From contig CM097882.1 of the NCBI GenBank assembly GCA_044892505.1, forward strand, positions 465,310,001-465,374,000: 64,000 nucleotides of DNA, read 5' to 3'. The position numbers and the translations under genes are program-made. The notes under the pieces are model-generated. The model had not been told where the DNA came from. It did not search any database and saw nothing but the letters and a program-made list of their open reading frames with translations. Shown piece by piece: positions 31,015-45,903 of the stretch (the first letter of the stretch is position 1; each line of letters opens with the position of its first letter). Source of the DNA: Schmidtea nova. Its lineage: Eukaryota.

Positions 31015-33833
31015 CAGTGTTTCTCAAACTTTTGACTCGTGCGTACCTCTTGCAAACATTTTCCAACTCTGTGTACCCCCTACTAAAAATTGTAGGATTT
31101 AATATTTAAAAAAACTAATCAGGTATTACTATTTTTAATATAGGTTATGGTTCGAAAATATATACAAGCATATACAAATATTGTTTAAAAAGGCAAATAA
31201 TAATAATATGTATTTATTAATATCAGGGACGGTCCGATATGGTGACGCTTAGGCCACCTGTCAAAATTATAGAATAAATTTTTTTGCATAAAAGCAAGCT
31301 ATTTTGACGCCAAAATTTATCGACCCGACCCTGATTAATGCGATGGGTGATACTGCGTATGATCAGATACAATAGCATATAAATCTGGCTCTCGGTCTGA
31401 TAATTTCAATCTTAGATGCGGATCAACATCTAGCAACCTGTTTCTTTTTTTCTTTATATCCACAAGCGCAGAAAAAGCTACTTCACATAGATAGGAAGAG
31501 GAAAAAGGCAACAATATTTTTAAAACTTTTTCGGCCAATTCTGGATATACATTTAAATTTTCTAACCAGAATGTTGACAGTGAAAATTCTGTATATTTAT
31601 TTTTTACAAAACCATCATTGGACAAATTCAATAATTGTTCCTCTTCCTTTCTTGTTAGACTTACTGGCATAGATTCTGGAGATATATTAAATGGATATCT
31701 TATCCATTCTATATTTTCATGTAATTCCGGAAAATATACCTGGAGATCTGCTTGTAACGTCTTTAAATGTTCTTTTATACTTTTTAATATTTCAGAATCG
31801 ATCGTGTTATTGTTTGAATTTAAAATTAAATCGTGAAGACAAGTAAATGAATCAAATTCCCCATTAGTAACCCTTCTGTAGTACAGATTTAATTTTGACA
31901 ACATAGCTTTCACTTTATCTTGCACATGTATTATTGTAATATCTTTTCCTTGCAAAGATAAATTAAAAATATTTAGCATAGAAAATATGTCTGCTAAATA
32001 AGATAATTTACATAACCATTTCCAGTCACATAAATAGTATTTTAAGTCAAAATTATCATCAATCAGGAACTCTTTTATCTCTTCCCGAAGTTCAAATAAA
32101 CGATTTAGGATTTTGCCTCTCGAGAGCCAACGCACATCTGTATGGTAGAGAAGGTTAGTATGGGTACTTCCCATTTCTTCACATAGTTGTGAAAAAATAT
32201 GAGCATTCAATGGACGGCCTTTGATATAATTATTAATTTTTACACAATCATTCAATACATTTTTTAAATCTGTTGGCATACTCCGTGTTGCCAATGAATG
32301 CAACAATGCGTGGATTTAACATTTTTTGCAACAGACTGTATTCTTGCTACAAGACCTTTTTTTAGAGCCGACCATGCTTTTAGCTCCGTCTGTACTGATA
32401 CCAATACATTTATCCCAATTGATATTGTTCTCTCGCATAAAATGATTAATTATATTAAATATATCATCTCCTCTCGTATTCCCCAATAAGGGCTTACAAA
32501 ATAAAAATTCTTGTATCTTTTTGTCTTTTTCAAACCTAACAAATACAATTAAATTTGCAATGTCAGTAGATTCGTCCGTTTGTAAAGCAAAATACCTGCT
32601 CTGAATAATATCAGATAACAACATTTCTCTTATATTTGCAGCCATATTAATTATTCTCCTATGAACCGTGTCATTTGAGAGTGGAATAGAATCAAACATT
32701 TTCTTGGTCTCATCTCCTATCATTATTTCCCTCATAATTTTAGCTGCAGGTTTGACTTATCTTTCACCTATGTTTTCCACTGACCCACATTTTGCTATTA
32801 GAATTGATACTCGATATGAAACTTCCAAAATCTTTTTATTGTTGCCCTTTGCCAAATTTAACATTTTCATTTGAGACTGATTTAATTCTTAAAGCCTAAT
32901 TTCAAAAAAAATCAACTGTTCTGTCCTTATATTGAGCGTGCTTAGTTTCAAAATGACGTTTTAAATTCGATGGTTTCATGCTGTCTTTGGATAGAGTTTC
33001 GCGGCAAATAACGCATAATGGAATAGGTTCTTCTTCAGTCCCAGTCCAAGAAAAACCAAATGATAAATACCTTTTATCGTATTTTCTAAATTTTCTTTTT
33101 TTCTTTTTGGCCGGTCCAGTCGAAGCCTCAACTGGCCTATCTGATGTACAACATCCAGTCTTTACCCAACGGCATATTAAAATTAATTTACAATAAATAT
33201 TTATAACATTAATAATTATCGAACTTAAAAAATGGTTCAGTAAAATGTCAGTCAAATTAGCTAAAACTTAAATAATTTTCAGTTAAAGCTCTTAGAATTT
33301 ATGTAGTTAATTTGACAGATAAGGTGATATGTATTATAGTTATTTTAATGTTAATATGTGATGTAAAGTAAAGGCATTTTTATGTATGTACAAATAAATT
33401 TTTAACAGCTTACCTTATTGAGGAAAAAAAAATTTTTTCACAAAAAAATAGATATAACACATACACAATGCTCTCTGTACTCCAAAAAAATCTAAATTAT
33501 ACTGATTTCAAGTCGAGATACGTGGCTTATCGTAACAGTCGTGGCGACCGTTAAATAAATCACGGAATCTATAAAACGTCACTTTATGTATTTTCACGGA
33601 ATCTTTAAAACACCACAGCAAATTTTAGTCAGTCTATAAAAATAATTTTTATATTTGACAAAAAAAACTAGCTACTGGCATCTAGCTAGGGCGATACATT
33701 ATGAATATTCTTTGAATTATTTTATTTTTACTTTCTTTGGATTTGTACATTTCTGCATAGATTATTATGTTGAAAAAAAAAATTTCGCGTAGCTCATACG
33801 GATTCTTCGCGTACCCCGGTTTGAGAAACACTG
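31015..33833 (-). mobile_element. hAT Buster/Charlie-type transposon nested in the outer hAT; frameshifted transposase (33255-31335)
   Basis: 15-bp TIR CAGTGTTTCTCAAAC, 8-bp TSD GTGTAGAA (31007-31014, 33834-33841), MKPSNLKRH, LQTDESTD, STDGAKSM, VRWLSRG, SSSYLCEVAFS. Confidence 0.95.
31224..31333. mobile_element. 110-bp hAT-like MITE at the inner transposase stop codon
   Basis: Termini CAGGGACGG / CCGACCCTG; flanks ATTAATAT / ATTAATGC (6 of 8 match). Confidence 0.45.
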
Positions 33834-36800
33834 GTGTAGAACATCAGACAAGTTCGTACGCCTTTCAAAAATTCGACATATTTATGTAGTTTTTTAAGTG
33901 ATACTTAGTGAAGTCTTTTGTTGTGTAAGCTCATCTAACATGAATTTTAAGTATAATATCTGCTTTATAAAGATTTGAATCTGCACAGCATAATCTTTCA
34001 ACTGCAACCTTAATAGGGCTTAAAGCAGATATTATTGTTGAGAGTAACTAAAATTCATCTTCCAAAATACAAGTATTATTATTTAAATCAATAAGTGCCT
34101 TTCTAACGCAATCTTTCAGCATCTAAAATCTTTCCAGCATAGCTAGTAAACTCTTCCAACGAGTTTTAGAATCTAATACCAACATCAACTCTTTACCAAA
34201 TTCTTCGTTAACATATTTTTGTAACATTGCTTCATTTTTTGTCGGCGAGTAGCGAAACAATTTATTTACACTTCGAATTTTTATAATCAATGTATGTATT
34301 TCAGAAGTTAATGATATGTTAAGCATCTTCTTCTTACATACAATCTCCTATACTATTAGCATACCATCATGACCATCATCAGCTTTGTTATCAGTTTCTT
34401 CTTCTGTATCTGTGTCATTTTCATAGGGAAATAATTCTCGTTCATCAGAAAGTCTACTGATATAGCACGCTAATAACCGCTAGTTGTATGCCATGTATCA
34501 GACATTGTTGATGATCTGCATTCAAAAGTTTACCCACTTTTTTCATTACAAAAGCGCCATCCTTTGTCAGTGTAACAATGTCCGCCTGTAGTGAAATACC
34601 GCGATCTTTCATTTTTTGTCAACTAACTCAATGCATTTTTCTGCTAGCAACTCTACCCAAGGTTTCAAAAGCTTTTGTTAGAATGGACATTTATGTTAAT
34701 ATAACGTCTATTTCTTATTGACGTCCATTCATCGAATGTAATGCTGAACTTCTCTCCACTGATTTTCCTAGACAACTTCATTTTTCAACTGCACTCTAAT
34801 TTTATTGCAGTAATTCATCACCATTGATTGAATAAAATTTGACGATTTAGGAATTTCACCAGGTCCTCTTGCTGTTAGTGCTCGTCTTAAATCAATGGAG
34901 TACAAAAAATATTAAAAGCTAAACGATCTTTAGCTGTCATTCTAGCTAAAACAGCAGGCAATGTATTATTTTCTTCTTTTTTAAAATAGTCGGTAAGTCT
35001 ACCAACCTTTGGATTCATATTTTCAGGTGCTACAAAAAAGATTCTCGTTAACGTTCAAAACAAATCTTTTTGATTATAACAAATTTATTCCATGGATAGT
35101 TTTGAGATGTGTATGCATTCCACTTGTGTTTCCATCGCAGACTTTAATTATTTGCATGCATTTATATTGCGTCTACCCAGTTTTTCATTTCGTTCTCGTA
35201 GAAAATAGTACCAGACTGAAGTTTCGTCTTGGCTTCCTTGGCAATTTTTTCAAAAATATGATTTTCCATGGTTTAAGATTTTTCATTTAAATTTCAATCA
35301 AAACGAAATTAAAAGTATATTTACTTTTTATACAACTTTTGTTTATAAAACGCTAAACCGGAAATTAATATAGTTACTATGTATTATTATTAAAGGACGC
35401 AATATGCTATTGTCAATATTGTCAATATCTAATGAATTGAAAATATATATTTATTTACTCTTACATGTTCATCATGTGGTGAATGTACTAGATTAAACAA
35501 TAATTTTTGATATTCATAAAACAAAAAATTAGCGGAACATTTTGCTACCACGACTACATGAAATTAATTTTAACGCCTACTAAAATGGATTATAAAAAAA
35601 CAGTTTAAATTTTAAAACAACAAACGACAAACGAAAATTTATACATAATTTTTATTTTCATATATATTGTGCATTTTATATATAAAAACGAATACCGGTA
35701 TTGTTACATGCGGTATTGTGGAATTTCGGTATTCAATTGAACTCTGTTATACCGGTAGTTCGGTATTAGTAATACCGGTATTGCAATCTGTACTGTAGTC
35801 TCATGAGCCACGACAATTAGATGAATTGAATTATAAACGAACGAACGGGTAGTCGGTTACCCGGAAAATCAGATAACCGTTGACAGCCTTATTCTTAACA
35901 CTGCTTATTGCAATTAATCCTTTATTTATAAATAAAATTATTGATATTCATGATAAATATTAATTATTTTCTAATGTTCGTGTAAAAATAAAAAACGACA
36001 ATTCTCTTTCTAAATTCTTCAATTCTCTCTCAAAAATTTACAAAGGTATCGTTGTGTTTAAAATTTACAGAAGGTAAAACAAAAAACCTGGATCTAACGA
36101 CTACTTCTCTGGATACAACCCTCAAAATAAATTGCTGGTTCCTGTGTAACGCAAAAATCGACACTTTAAAGTAAGAGAAAAAGAATCTAATGATTTTGGG
36201 GCTACCCAAGTGCGACGAAAGCGGTTGTATTCCTTGCTCACTATACTTAACTTTGATACTAAACTAATAAGTTTCCCTACTTAAAAAGAAACAAAATTGC
36301 AATTTTCACTTTTGGAGTCATGTTATCCTGCAATATAATTCGATTACATATATCATAAATATTACTATTTAATATTCGCAAGTCTTTTCTTGGGTTATCG
36401 ATTTTATATTCACCAGATAACCCACATAACGTAAAAGAAACTGAAAGCTACATTTCGAACCACATAGTATGCTTTATCTTGGTGACCTAATTTACGATGA
36501 TTATCAGTTACGCGCCCAAAATATAATAAAAACATTTACTAAATCACAGCTGATAACAGGTTTAATTAAACTTCAAACTCAAATCGATACTTAACATTTA
36601 CACACTTATATTAGTCTTTCCGGATCTCAGTTTCGTGTTTTCTTATGGGCCTTGTGGGCGGAAAAATCATGCCCATATCATGGAATTCTTTTTGTGATAT
36701 CCGTTCGTCATGGACAATTCATCGGTAATCCGATACCGCACATCTTACGGTGCGGAAATAAGTTGGGCAGTTGCCATACTTGGAATCCATTATGATCGGC

Positions 36801-39800
36801 CAACACTGGCTTCCTAACTAGACGACCTGGCCTTCTCGCCGTTCGTACCAGGGAAGTCCTTATTCTCTTGCTCTTTCGGAGGGTTCGTTCGGTTTGGCTC
36901 TCCAGCAGGCAGGATATTGATTTTCTAATCACTGAAGTTATCAGGTGAATCGATTGAACAATATTCTGCATAAGGTTTTCGTCTAGATTTTCGCATTCTG
37001 TTCTTTATTGCATTGATTTTATGTCCAGATTTATCGAGAAATTATAATTATTTTATTCGGGTCCTTGACTTACGGAGATTTATGTTACTGGTATTAGGTT
37101 TTATTGAGAGCTAGAACAAAATATCCGCGGATAAAATGGCACGGAGAAAAAGTCATGAGGTCAAAATGGCACTGACAAAAATGTATGATGGAAAAACAGA
37201 TAAAAGAGTAAATTTAGTCCGTGCCTTTTTATATGGCCACCGTTTTGTTGTATTACGTTGAGTTTGGGTATTCTCTCTAGTTTATAGTTATTTTGCCTCT
37301 AATCGGGGAAATGCATATCATATTTCAATAAATTCAGCTTCGAGGTTCTCTACTCTCCACCAGTAACTCGATCTCTTCTTACTCTCTTATCCATTTTCTC
37401 GGTCGAAATCCAATATTCTATTGTGTTGAAATCTTGATCAACCATTCTCCGGTTTCTGCATCCCACAAGATTTTTTCTCTTAGAATCCAAAAATTAGCAC
37501 TCGTTCTCGACTTTTACTAGCTATGTAGTAATGTTCTGTCAAACGCTATGTGAAATCCGAATCAATTGACTTGCTCTTGCCTAAAACCTTCAATTTAATT
37601 TAATTCATTTTTAGCGGTAATATTCCCTAAAAATCAGATTCTACGAAATCTCTGGTATTTCTACTTTTCACTTGTCTTTACTTGTTCATAGCCATGCATA
37701 GATTCTAGAATCGAATTTTAAATGCGATGATCTGAATTCCTGTTCGGAAGATTCCGACTCATCGGGATCTCGTGACTGATTAGCCTACAGATCAGTTTGA
37801 TTTCGAGTGAAAACGCATATAAAACGCAAGGTAATAATAATACTAAAAAGCAGAATAAAAATGACCAATCCGTTATTTCTCAAATCTTCGGTACAATCGA
37901 TTCCAATTACATTGACTGCTCACAACAAATATTAGGTCGCAGTTAAGACTAGTTTAGTTCGGATAAGTCCTGACGACGACGCAATTAATTTACTATACTA
38001 AGTTTTATTTTAGATAAATTTCTACTGGTATATCGCAATAATAACTGACTTATAAATGATAAATCTTTAAGGTTAGTGCGTTCCTTTTATACTCAATTCT
38101 TGTTGAATACTTAACCAATCAAAATTGATGTGTCCTCACAATTCTGTAAATTTTATTATTTTATTTAACAAATCATGGCTGTATTTTCTAATACTATATT
38201 TTCTGTTTGTTTTTTAATTAATTTTTCTAATTCTACTAATTACTTGGGTTCGTAGTCTAAATGATGAACGGACACTTGGACTTGAACTCTCGACGCCATT
38301 TGCGCATCGACACATCTACTTCCTGTAATATTTCCAATGGGATATGCTTGAGATTGCCGAATTCTATCCGTCGGTGATCACACTTTCTTTGGACGACACT
38401 GGAAGTACTTGGATTTATTCCTATTTCCCGATTTATATCATTCGAAGATTTCATATCCATTTTCTCTAGATTTTATAAGTGAATTAATTTAAACGGTAAG
38501 ATTGGTTATTTAATTTGTGAAGTGACCGGACTTGACGATTCTGTTTTGGATTCGCCGTGGTTCCTAGTGAATCTAGTTCGAATTTTTATGTCTGTGATAC
38601 GGGCGTCGTGTACGATTATCGATCACGAGTTTCTGCGTTTATCTGGCAAGAAATAAACACGAGAAAAACACAAACGAAACAATTTAACAAAAAAAATTCG
38701 GAAAAGAATTAACTAAACATAAAAATTCAAAATTTTTATGAATAATTTTCCTAGTTTTAATAATATAGATGCACAAAAAAATTGTGAAGATTAAAATAGT
38801 TAAAATTTAGGTAAAAACAAAATTTATTAAAATAATAGATGAAATTTTATACATAAAAAAATTAATTTATTAAAAAAAAATATTTAACTTTTAAAATAAA
38901 TTAAATTAAGCAAAAAGAGTATTCTAGAACATTTTGTTTTAATACATCAACTTAATTAAATGTTCTGAAAATGGTATATATAGAGAAACCATTTTCAGTA
39001 AAATCATCACTTTTTCTGGAAAAGTTTTAGACTTTACAAGAAGCCCCCTGCAACGAAAACACTAAGGTTGGACAGCGCTGCCGAATTTTTTTTATGGGAG
39101 AGACGCCATCATTCTGCGCATGTATCTCATGACATTTTGATGCTTTGTTAAAACGAATGCATACTTTATCTGACACCGGTCATGCCCTGGATGTCTGTGT
39201 GAAGCATTTTATTTTTATGATTCAATAAAATATTTCTTCGATCAGAAAATTCTCGGATGTCAACACAATTAAAAAGCATTAGTTAAAATGAATTTTTTGG
39301 TTTTTGACCTTCCGAGCTGCTAACTCGCTGTGGCATACCCAGCTTATTGCGGTGCAGGTAGTCAGTGTGTGCATACGTGTTCGGAGTTGATTCTCCTGAA
39401 CTTTCCGACTTAATGCTCACAAAGCGACTTATGATTTCGGCCTCATACTCTGCGTAGATGAGAGAGAATGGATGGAGGAATATCCACAAGATTGTTATAT
39501 TAATTTAATTTTCTTTATGCAACATTTTTATTTTATTTTTGTTTTGTTTTCAAAATAAAAGCTTCTTAAACTACCAGAAACAAGTTTAACATATATAGAT
39601 ATTGCAGGTAAATGAAAGATGTTCTTCGAGGGAAAAAGGCTACAACCAGGTATAGCTTTCTTAAGGTTAATAATTAAAATTATTGTATAGTCACGAATCT
39701 CTAGAGTAATAGTGCGGAAATTTAGCGAAACACGTAAATTTGTTGAAAGCTATTCAGAGATTTAGTTGTGATAAATGTCTTAGAACTACATTATCGATAT

Positions 39801-41681
39801 TTGATAAAATATTATGATATATTAAATTGCTAGAAATAAATAAACAAAAGAAATTTAAATACCAATTCATATATTTTAACAATCACATGCATGATAGAAA
39901 ATACCCAATAGTTGTTTCCACCACGACTAAGAAAATCCTTTAAGAGAGTGCTGGTTTCTACATCATATTCATCTAAAATTCTAAAAATTAAATTGATACA
40001 CTTTAATATAGAACCTTACTATGCGTGATTATTGAATATTAGATTTGATCAACACTGAGTAGGTCGTAACCAACCATAAAATAATTTATCGATCGATATA
40101 TAATAAGATGTACTCTTCATACATAAAATCTTGCTCAGCCACATACATAAATGCTCCCAGGAATTATCCCTAATACAAATAATGCTCGAAGCAAATCCTG
40201 AAGACATCTTCTATGAAAATAAAATATATATCTCGTAAAATACGGTCATGTATATCATCATACACATTATCAATAGTTTAAACGCATTTTCCTATGTCAA
40301 ACACATTTTCATAAATTCTCGAATAGTATAATCATTAAAAGTTAAAATAAGACCTAATTGTAGTTGAAACATAATATTTCTAACTTAAACTTCCCTAAAC
40401 AACGGGAACAAGTTTCTACATATATAATATAAAAACTATCATTAGATGAGGAAGGAAAGTGACAGAAAAGCGATTTTCTTTGTCAATAGAGTTTCAGGAG
40501 ACAAAAATAGAAGAGTTGAGATATCATGTAAATAAATTACAAAACTTTGAATGTATTTCGTTGTAAATTACATAATTTGTGTGACACAAAACAACGTGCT
40601 AGAAAAAAACAAAATACATTATTATATTTATGAGATACCAATTAATCTCAGAAAATTGTAAAAAATAAAATTAAAACAAACTGATTGAATATGTTTATTT
40701 AGACAACAAATTACATTAGTGAAAATAAATATTCCTTCGACAACGCATGACACAATAAAATAACTACTCACAGAGGCCGGTAATCTTTCCTTAAGTCAGA
40801 AGATTTAAAACCTGAAATAAAATTGAAAAAATACAATAATTAAATTGCAAAATAACGTACATTAACGTTAGGGTTCAATGAACTTTAAACGATCAGATTG
40901 AGTAGGTCGCATTTGTGATGTGTTTAGCATAATATAATTTGTAACCTTAATGCTCTTAAAAAATTCACAGCATGTCTCTTTTCTTAGTTACAGACTTATT
41001 TCCTTCTGACCTCGTCTATCTGGTATCCTCAAAATCAGTCCCTCCGAAGTCTCTAAATGATTCTTTCCTTCGTAAATCAATAATTCTAGCCAGTCTTGCT
41101 GGTTGTACTCGTGGAAAATTTTATTCACCTTTTTCTTTATATTTTCAGTTTCGAGTCACGCCACAACACATAAATACCATCTGTCCATATACCCGTACAT
41201 ACTATCTTGTAGATTAATTGATGATGTATTCGTCAATTGAATGCAATTCGGCATGTGAGCTGCTGTGTTAGTACTACTTCCGACTTGAACATTCTAAAGG
41301 GGTTCACTACGACCGATAGAAGGTCAATTCAAACTATTTCTATCCATCCCTATCTTGGTCGCTCCTTTAGGGAATTTGAATCCAACTAAACTAATTCAAT
41401 TGTCAATTGGGGAATGGAAATATCCTATCCTTTAGCCGTGGTGGTTGCTCAAAATAATAATACGCTACAGTATTTATACTTTTCCTCTTTTTCTTTTATC
41501 TTATTTCTCTCTATTACAGTGGTATATGAACAATAACTATGAAATAACACAACAAATTTTGAAATTAATGGAAAACACTTATTTCAGCTAATACATTTAT
41601 TTAGTCAACTACAATCCTACAACAAGTCGATATCTACTATAAGGTCACTATACATTGGGTTGGTGAACGGAGATATAACTC

Positions 41682-42087
41682 TAGTCTACTGGGTCTTTGA
41701 CTCTGCTTCTCGCTTCTTCTTTTAACGTATTCTTTTCTGTGCACTAATTCATTTACGTTTCATCACGCCGGTGAATTCTGGATTCGCTTTCTGGACTTCA
41801 GCGGAGGTTTTGGCGAGTGGAAACTATTTTTCCAAATTAATGGGTCTCAAACTTCATCCATCTCAAATCATTATCGACAAATGTTTGCGTTAAATGTTTC
41901 TTACAATTTCGTAGTTCGATCTCCAGGGCCTTGTTTTCTAGCTGGAGGTCTGCGATGACTTGGTTTGCTCGGTTAAATCTTTCTCAGACCATCTTCATCT
42001 CACTTGTGAATAACGCTTTTTTAATTCTAAGATGTGTCTTTTAAAGGGTCCAATTTTATCGTTAACTATATCTCGTCGCGATGTCAT
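41682..42087 (-). pseudogene. Degraded paralog of ORF 4683-5120 (family member 2)
   Basis: Across frameshifts reads FKRHILELKKRY..EMKMV*ERFNRANQVIADLQLENKALEIELRNCKKHLTQTFVDNDLR..RPINLEK*FP; 41255-41325 also resembles 4390-4455. Confidence 0.75.
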
Positions 42088-43544
42088 CTTGTATGGGTTG
42101 CTTTTTTCTATGAGCTGAGCGGTATTAATTTATCTGAAATTTGAATATCATTTCTCGCCCATTTTCTGAAATATTATCGTTATAGAACTAAATTTAGGCC
42201 TATTTCTCGTCGGTTCTCTATTATTCACTTTAATGCTTTATTTATTACAAGTTTTTCCGATCTGTCATGCTCTCTAAGGAATCTCTTCTAAGATTTAGCT
42301 CGACATGATTTTATCTTGGCTTAAAAGTTAACTACGCTTTTCATGATTTTGGCTATGAGTCTATCCAACTAATTTCTGGTGATTTACATTAAAAGACAAA
42401 TTTTAACTAAACAAACCGAATAAATACGGAAAATTTATTTGATAACGATACACATAAATTATTAATGAAAAGATACCAAATAGATAATCGAAATGTTCAC
42501 ATTAACGACCAAGTAGATCTTTCGACGTGCTCAGCTTTCCTCCGAATCTTCTATTCATAAACTCTTTTGGCGTTGTCGGTTGAAAAATCAGTTTTCCCAT
42601 CTTTATGAATTCGGCATGTGGAATGTCTCCAGAGAATATTATTTTATTTGGCCTTTGTATATCACTTGGGGTTTGACAAAGTATTTCGGGGAATAATGGG
42701 GAAAATGGGCTTCTACGTCAATGGGCCATTCGGCACTACCTTTCCAGATAATCTTATCTGGGTTGTCTCTGTCAAGGCTAAACTGTGTTTCCGTTTCTTA
42801 TTGTAGGTATTGTTTAATATGGCATCATAATTACTAACGGATTGTCATATTCAGGTTTCGGACACCCGTTATCCTTCCTAGATGATCCACTTCTTTTTCC
42901 GCCCTCAGTTCCATGAGTTATTTTCGAATCGAAGCTAAACATTTCTTTATTGGCTGTATTATATTATTGCTGATTAGACTCGTGAATTTTTACTTAAATC
43001 GTTCGCTAAATTATGGGTATAATTTTCCCTGCTATATTTATCGTGCCGGGCACGTGCCGGATACTTTTAGAAAAACCATGGTCTTCCGCTCAAACTAATT
43101 GAGGGCTATTGCTCTATTTCTATTGTGTAGAATCTATTGTATTCAAACAATGTTCACTCCTGAAACCTCTTAATTACTACCATCTATCCGCTATTATTTA
43201 TATTCTTGACAGTCAGTATTCTATTCAAACTCTCTTAACAATGAATTTCCGGATTGTGTTTTTCACAATGGGATTCAATTAAAGCACTCTCGTTGTCTGT
43301 AAATCGTTAACATTTTCTATCTACGGTAGAAGTTAATGAAAATTTTTATGAATACTTTATCAACTTCATTAATTAATTTACTCTCGTGTACTTTTATCAT
43401 TCTAAAAATTTGATTTATTTTATTTAACTAACACCTGTAGTTCAGGTTTTTTTAAACTTGTTTGTAAAATATTTTCTTATCTGGCAAATCTATCGCTGCT
43501 GCCAAAATCTTAAGAACAGCAACTATGGTCTCGTAAGACCCTAT

Positions 43545-44092
43545 TGTTGGGCCAAGCAATCTGAAAAGAAACATTAAATAAAGGGAATAAATAACAATAA
43601 ATAAAGCAAATAATTGAGCAAAACAACTAAACAGTCGGTTTGTTGCCAGTATACAACAAAGGCTGAAAAGATAACAAAAGAATTAAATCAAATAAAAATA
43701 ACAATACACAAACTCACCCAGATGGAACCAAAATCTGACAGACGTAGGCGGATATTGACGGAATATCTAAAATTTAACAAAAGCGAACAAAAGAATCATA
43801 AATAAATGAATAGTAGCTCACCAAATTAAATACACAAAAGAAAATCACTAAACGTGAAAGGTAATCAATATCCACACACATGCTCAATTCTGATTGGCTG
43901 GTCAGCAACGTCATTCAGTATAAATACAGCAGTAAAATCAGTAGCGAGAGTCAATTTTTTACCAAGTGTTACTTCACTAGTAAACCATCCTTCTTACTAG
44001 TTGTGAACCAGAACAAGATTGTACTTGGAGAACCTGATTGAAATAAAAGGTATGCGAGTTTGGTTATAGTTATTATTTATGTAAACCCTCAT
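43545..44092 (+). repeat. LTR-like repeat with CCAAT box, TATA box and poly(A) signal
   Basis: TGTTGGGCCAA start, CTGATTGGCTG near 43890, TATAAATA at 43919, AATAAA at 44042, end TAAACCCTCA. Confidence 0.55.
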
Positions 44093-45111
44093 GATTGTAA
44101 AATGCATAAGTTTTGTCCCGAAGGTAAGTCGATCTGACGGGATTCTCGGCCTCTCGGCACAACACATTTTCATGTGAGGTGCTGATGCGGCGAGACCATA
44201 AGTGTCCTAAATTCAATTTATGGGGAAAAGGATGCACATAGGGTATCAAATCTGTAATGCGAGTAAAGTGGTGCAGCAATAATCTCAGTACAAGCCAGAC
44301 GACCTAAAGGCTTAAACGCCCACTAAGATCGATCAACAAGATTAAAATAATGTGGTAAAGTGAGTATATGCGAGGAACATGAATATGAAACCGATTTGGA
44401 ATAAGCATCATCTAGATCCAAATTAATGGTTCACCAACTGTCGTAGCAGGTCTCATGAGTGTGACATTCTAAGTAACGAGGTCCGAATCCCGGTGTCGAA
44501 TGTGTTCCCGAAAATCAAAAACTAAATTTGAGTATGATCATTGTTTGTCGGATAAACAGTAGCTGAAAATATGAACATTGTTTGTTGGATAAATAATGGT
44601 TGAAAACGATCAGAGCTTGTTGAATGAATTATGGTTGAACAAATAATCATTGTTGTACCAATAAATCACGATTAAAAATCAAAAATTAGATCACTCAGTG
44701 ATAAGCCAACCTCGGTCTGATGAGTTAACTCGTGATGTACTGCATACAATGACTACTGTCTCATATGAAATGTATATGGTTGATGAAACACGAGTAGTGT
44801 ATCGTGAGACGATGGTGACCGTGGGTGTGCCTGTGACACCTAACAACAAACTGGTGTAGGATCAATACGATAAAATGTCAATCGAATGACCAAATGATTA
44901 TTTACGCAAACCAATCTCAACGACGGAGAATTTGCGGAGAATGCAGGTAATCCAAGTTAATATCGTACGTTGTGGATGTGGTCGAATGATGGATTGAATG
45001 ATGATGAGATGCGGAACCTTTTTCTTCCGACACACGAAAATTAAACCAAGTATAATCTTTTAGATAGACAAGACAAGGTCAACACGCAAGCTACCCATCA
45101 AGAGCCGAAAG

Positions 45112-45597
45112 ATGGAGATCAAAGGTGCTGAGAAGGCCCCTGCCAGTATCCTGAATAGAACACGACGACATCTCAGGGCCAGGGTTCGCCAACACGTGGA
45201 GGTCGCTGCGCGATCGCCATCATGCTTATTCAATGTACGAATCAGGTGGGAAGGCGACCCAGAGTGGCCGATTCTACCGAGCTTCCCGAACCAAAAATCA
45301 ATCCGATGGTTTCTGCAGTTCGAAAATCATCAACGCCAACCCCTATGGATCTTGACCAACGATTCCATAACGGGCCCTGATCTCTACAGGCTCGGTTATG
45401 TCTTGATGGATCGGCCGCGATGCATCTACACCGGCGAAATGCGGCCATACTTCAATGCGCCGAGAAGTATCAATATGGAGCAGCACCAAGAGAAAGACAA
45501 CGGGAGACTATGGGAGGTCTTCGTCTTTAACGACCATCTCTGTTGGGATCCGTGTCCCGAAATCTATCGACCAGACGGGAAGGGACCGAAAATATGA
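45112..45597 (+). CDS. Hypothetical 161-aa Trp/Pro-rich protein, upstream of family member 3
   Basis: Intact ATG ORF, GC-richer than flanks; ends in the first unit of a 30-bp tandem duplication (45586-45645). Confidence 0.45.
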   Translation: MEIKGAEKAPASILNRTRRHLRARVRQHVEVAARSPSCLFNVRIRWEGDPEWPILPSFPNQKSIRWFLQFENHQRQPLWILTNDSITGPDLYRLGYVLMDRPRCIYTGEMRPYFNAPRSINMEQHQEKDNGRLWEVFVFNDHLCWDPCPEIYRPDGKGPKI

Positions 45598-45903
45598 TCA
45601 GGAATTGGTAGAGTTCCGAAAATATGATCAGGAATTGGTAGAGTTCTCTTGAAGCTCTATGACATTGTGAAAATTGTGTGTTATATATAATGATAAAAAT
45701 AAATAAATGTTTGTGTCGAAATTTGTACTCGGATTGAAGTGATGATGACCTGTATGATGCTGATTGACGGAATGCTGAATGTTTGAGGAAAGGAAGGATC
45801 AGTTTAACGCTTTTAGATTGACAGCGACATATCACTCGAGGGTAGGAGGGGGCATAAGACCGTAACACCATAGTGCACTTTAATTCTAGTTTCCTTCTTT
45901 TAG

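Larger units (their letters stand above)
30245..35792 (-). mobile_element. hAT transposon with TAG-type termini, degenerate, interrupted by a second hAT
   Basis: TIRs TAGGGATTGCAATACCG / TACAGATTGCAATACCG, 8-bp TSD CTGTAGTC (30237-30244, 35793-35800), subterminal CGGTAT repeats, BED finger, LDSKTRW, PTSVECERAFS. Confidence 0.92.

Noticed and set aside
36600-38500. GC-richer, coding-like minus-strand stretches
   Set aside because: Multiple stops in all frames and no motif I could assign; left unannotated.
44717-44740. Hammerhead ribozyme core CTGATGAG
   Set aside because: No GAAA after a stem II and no flanking stems found.
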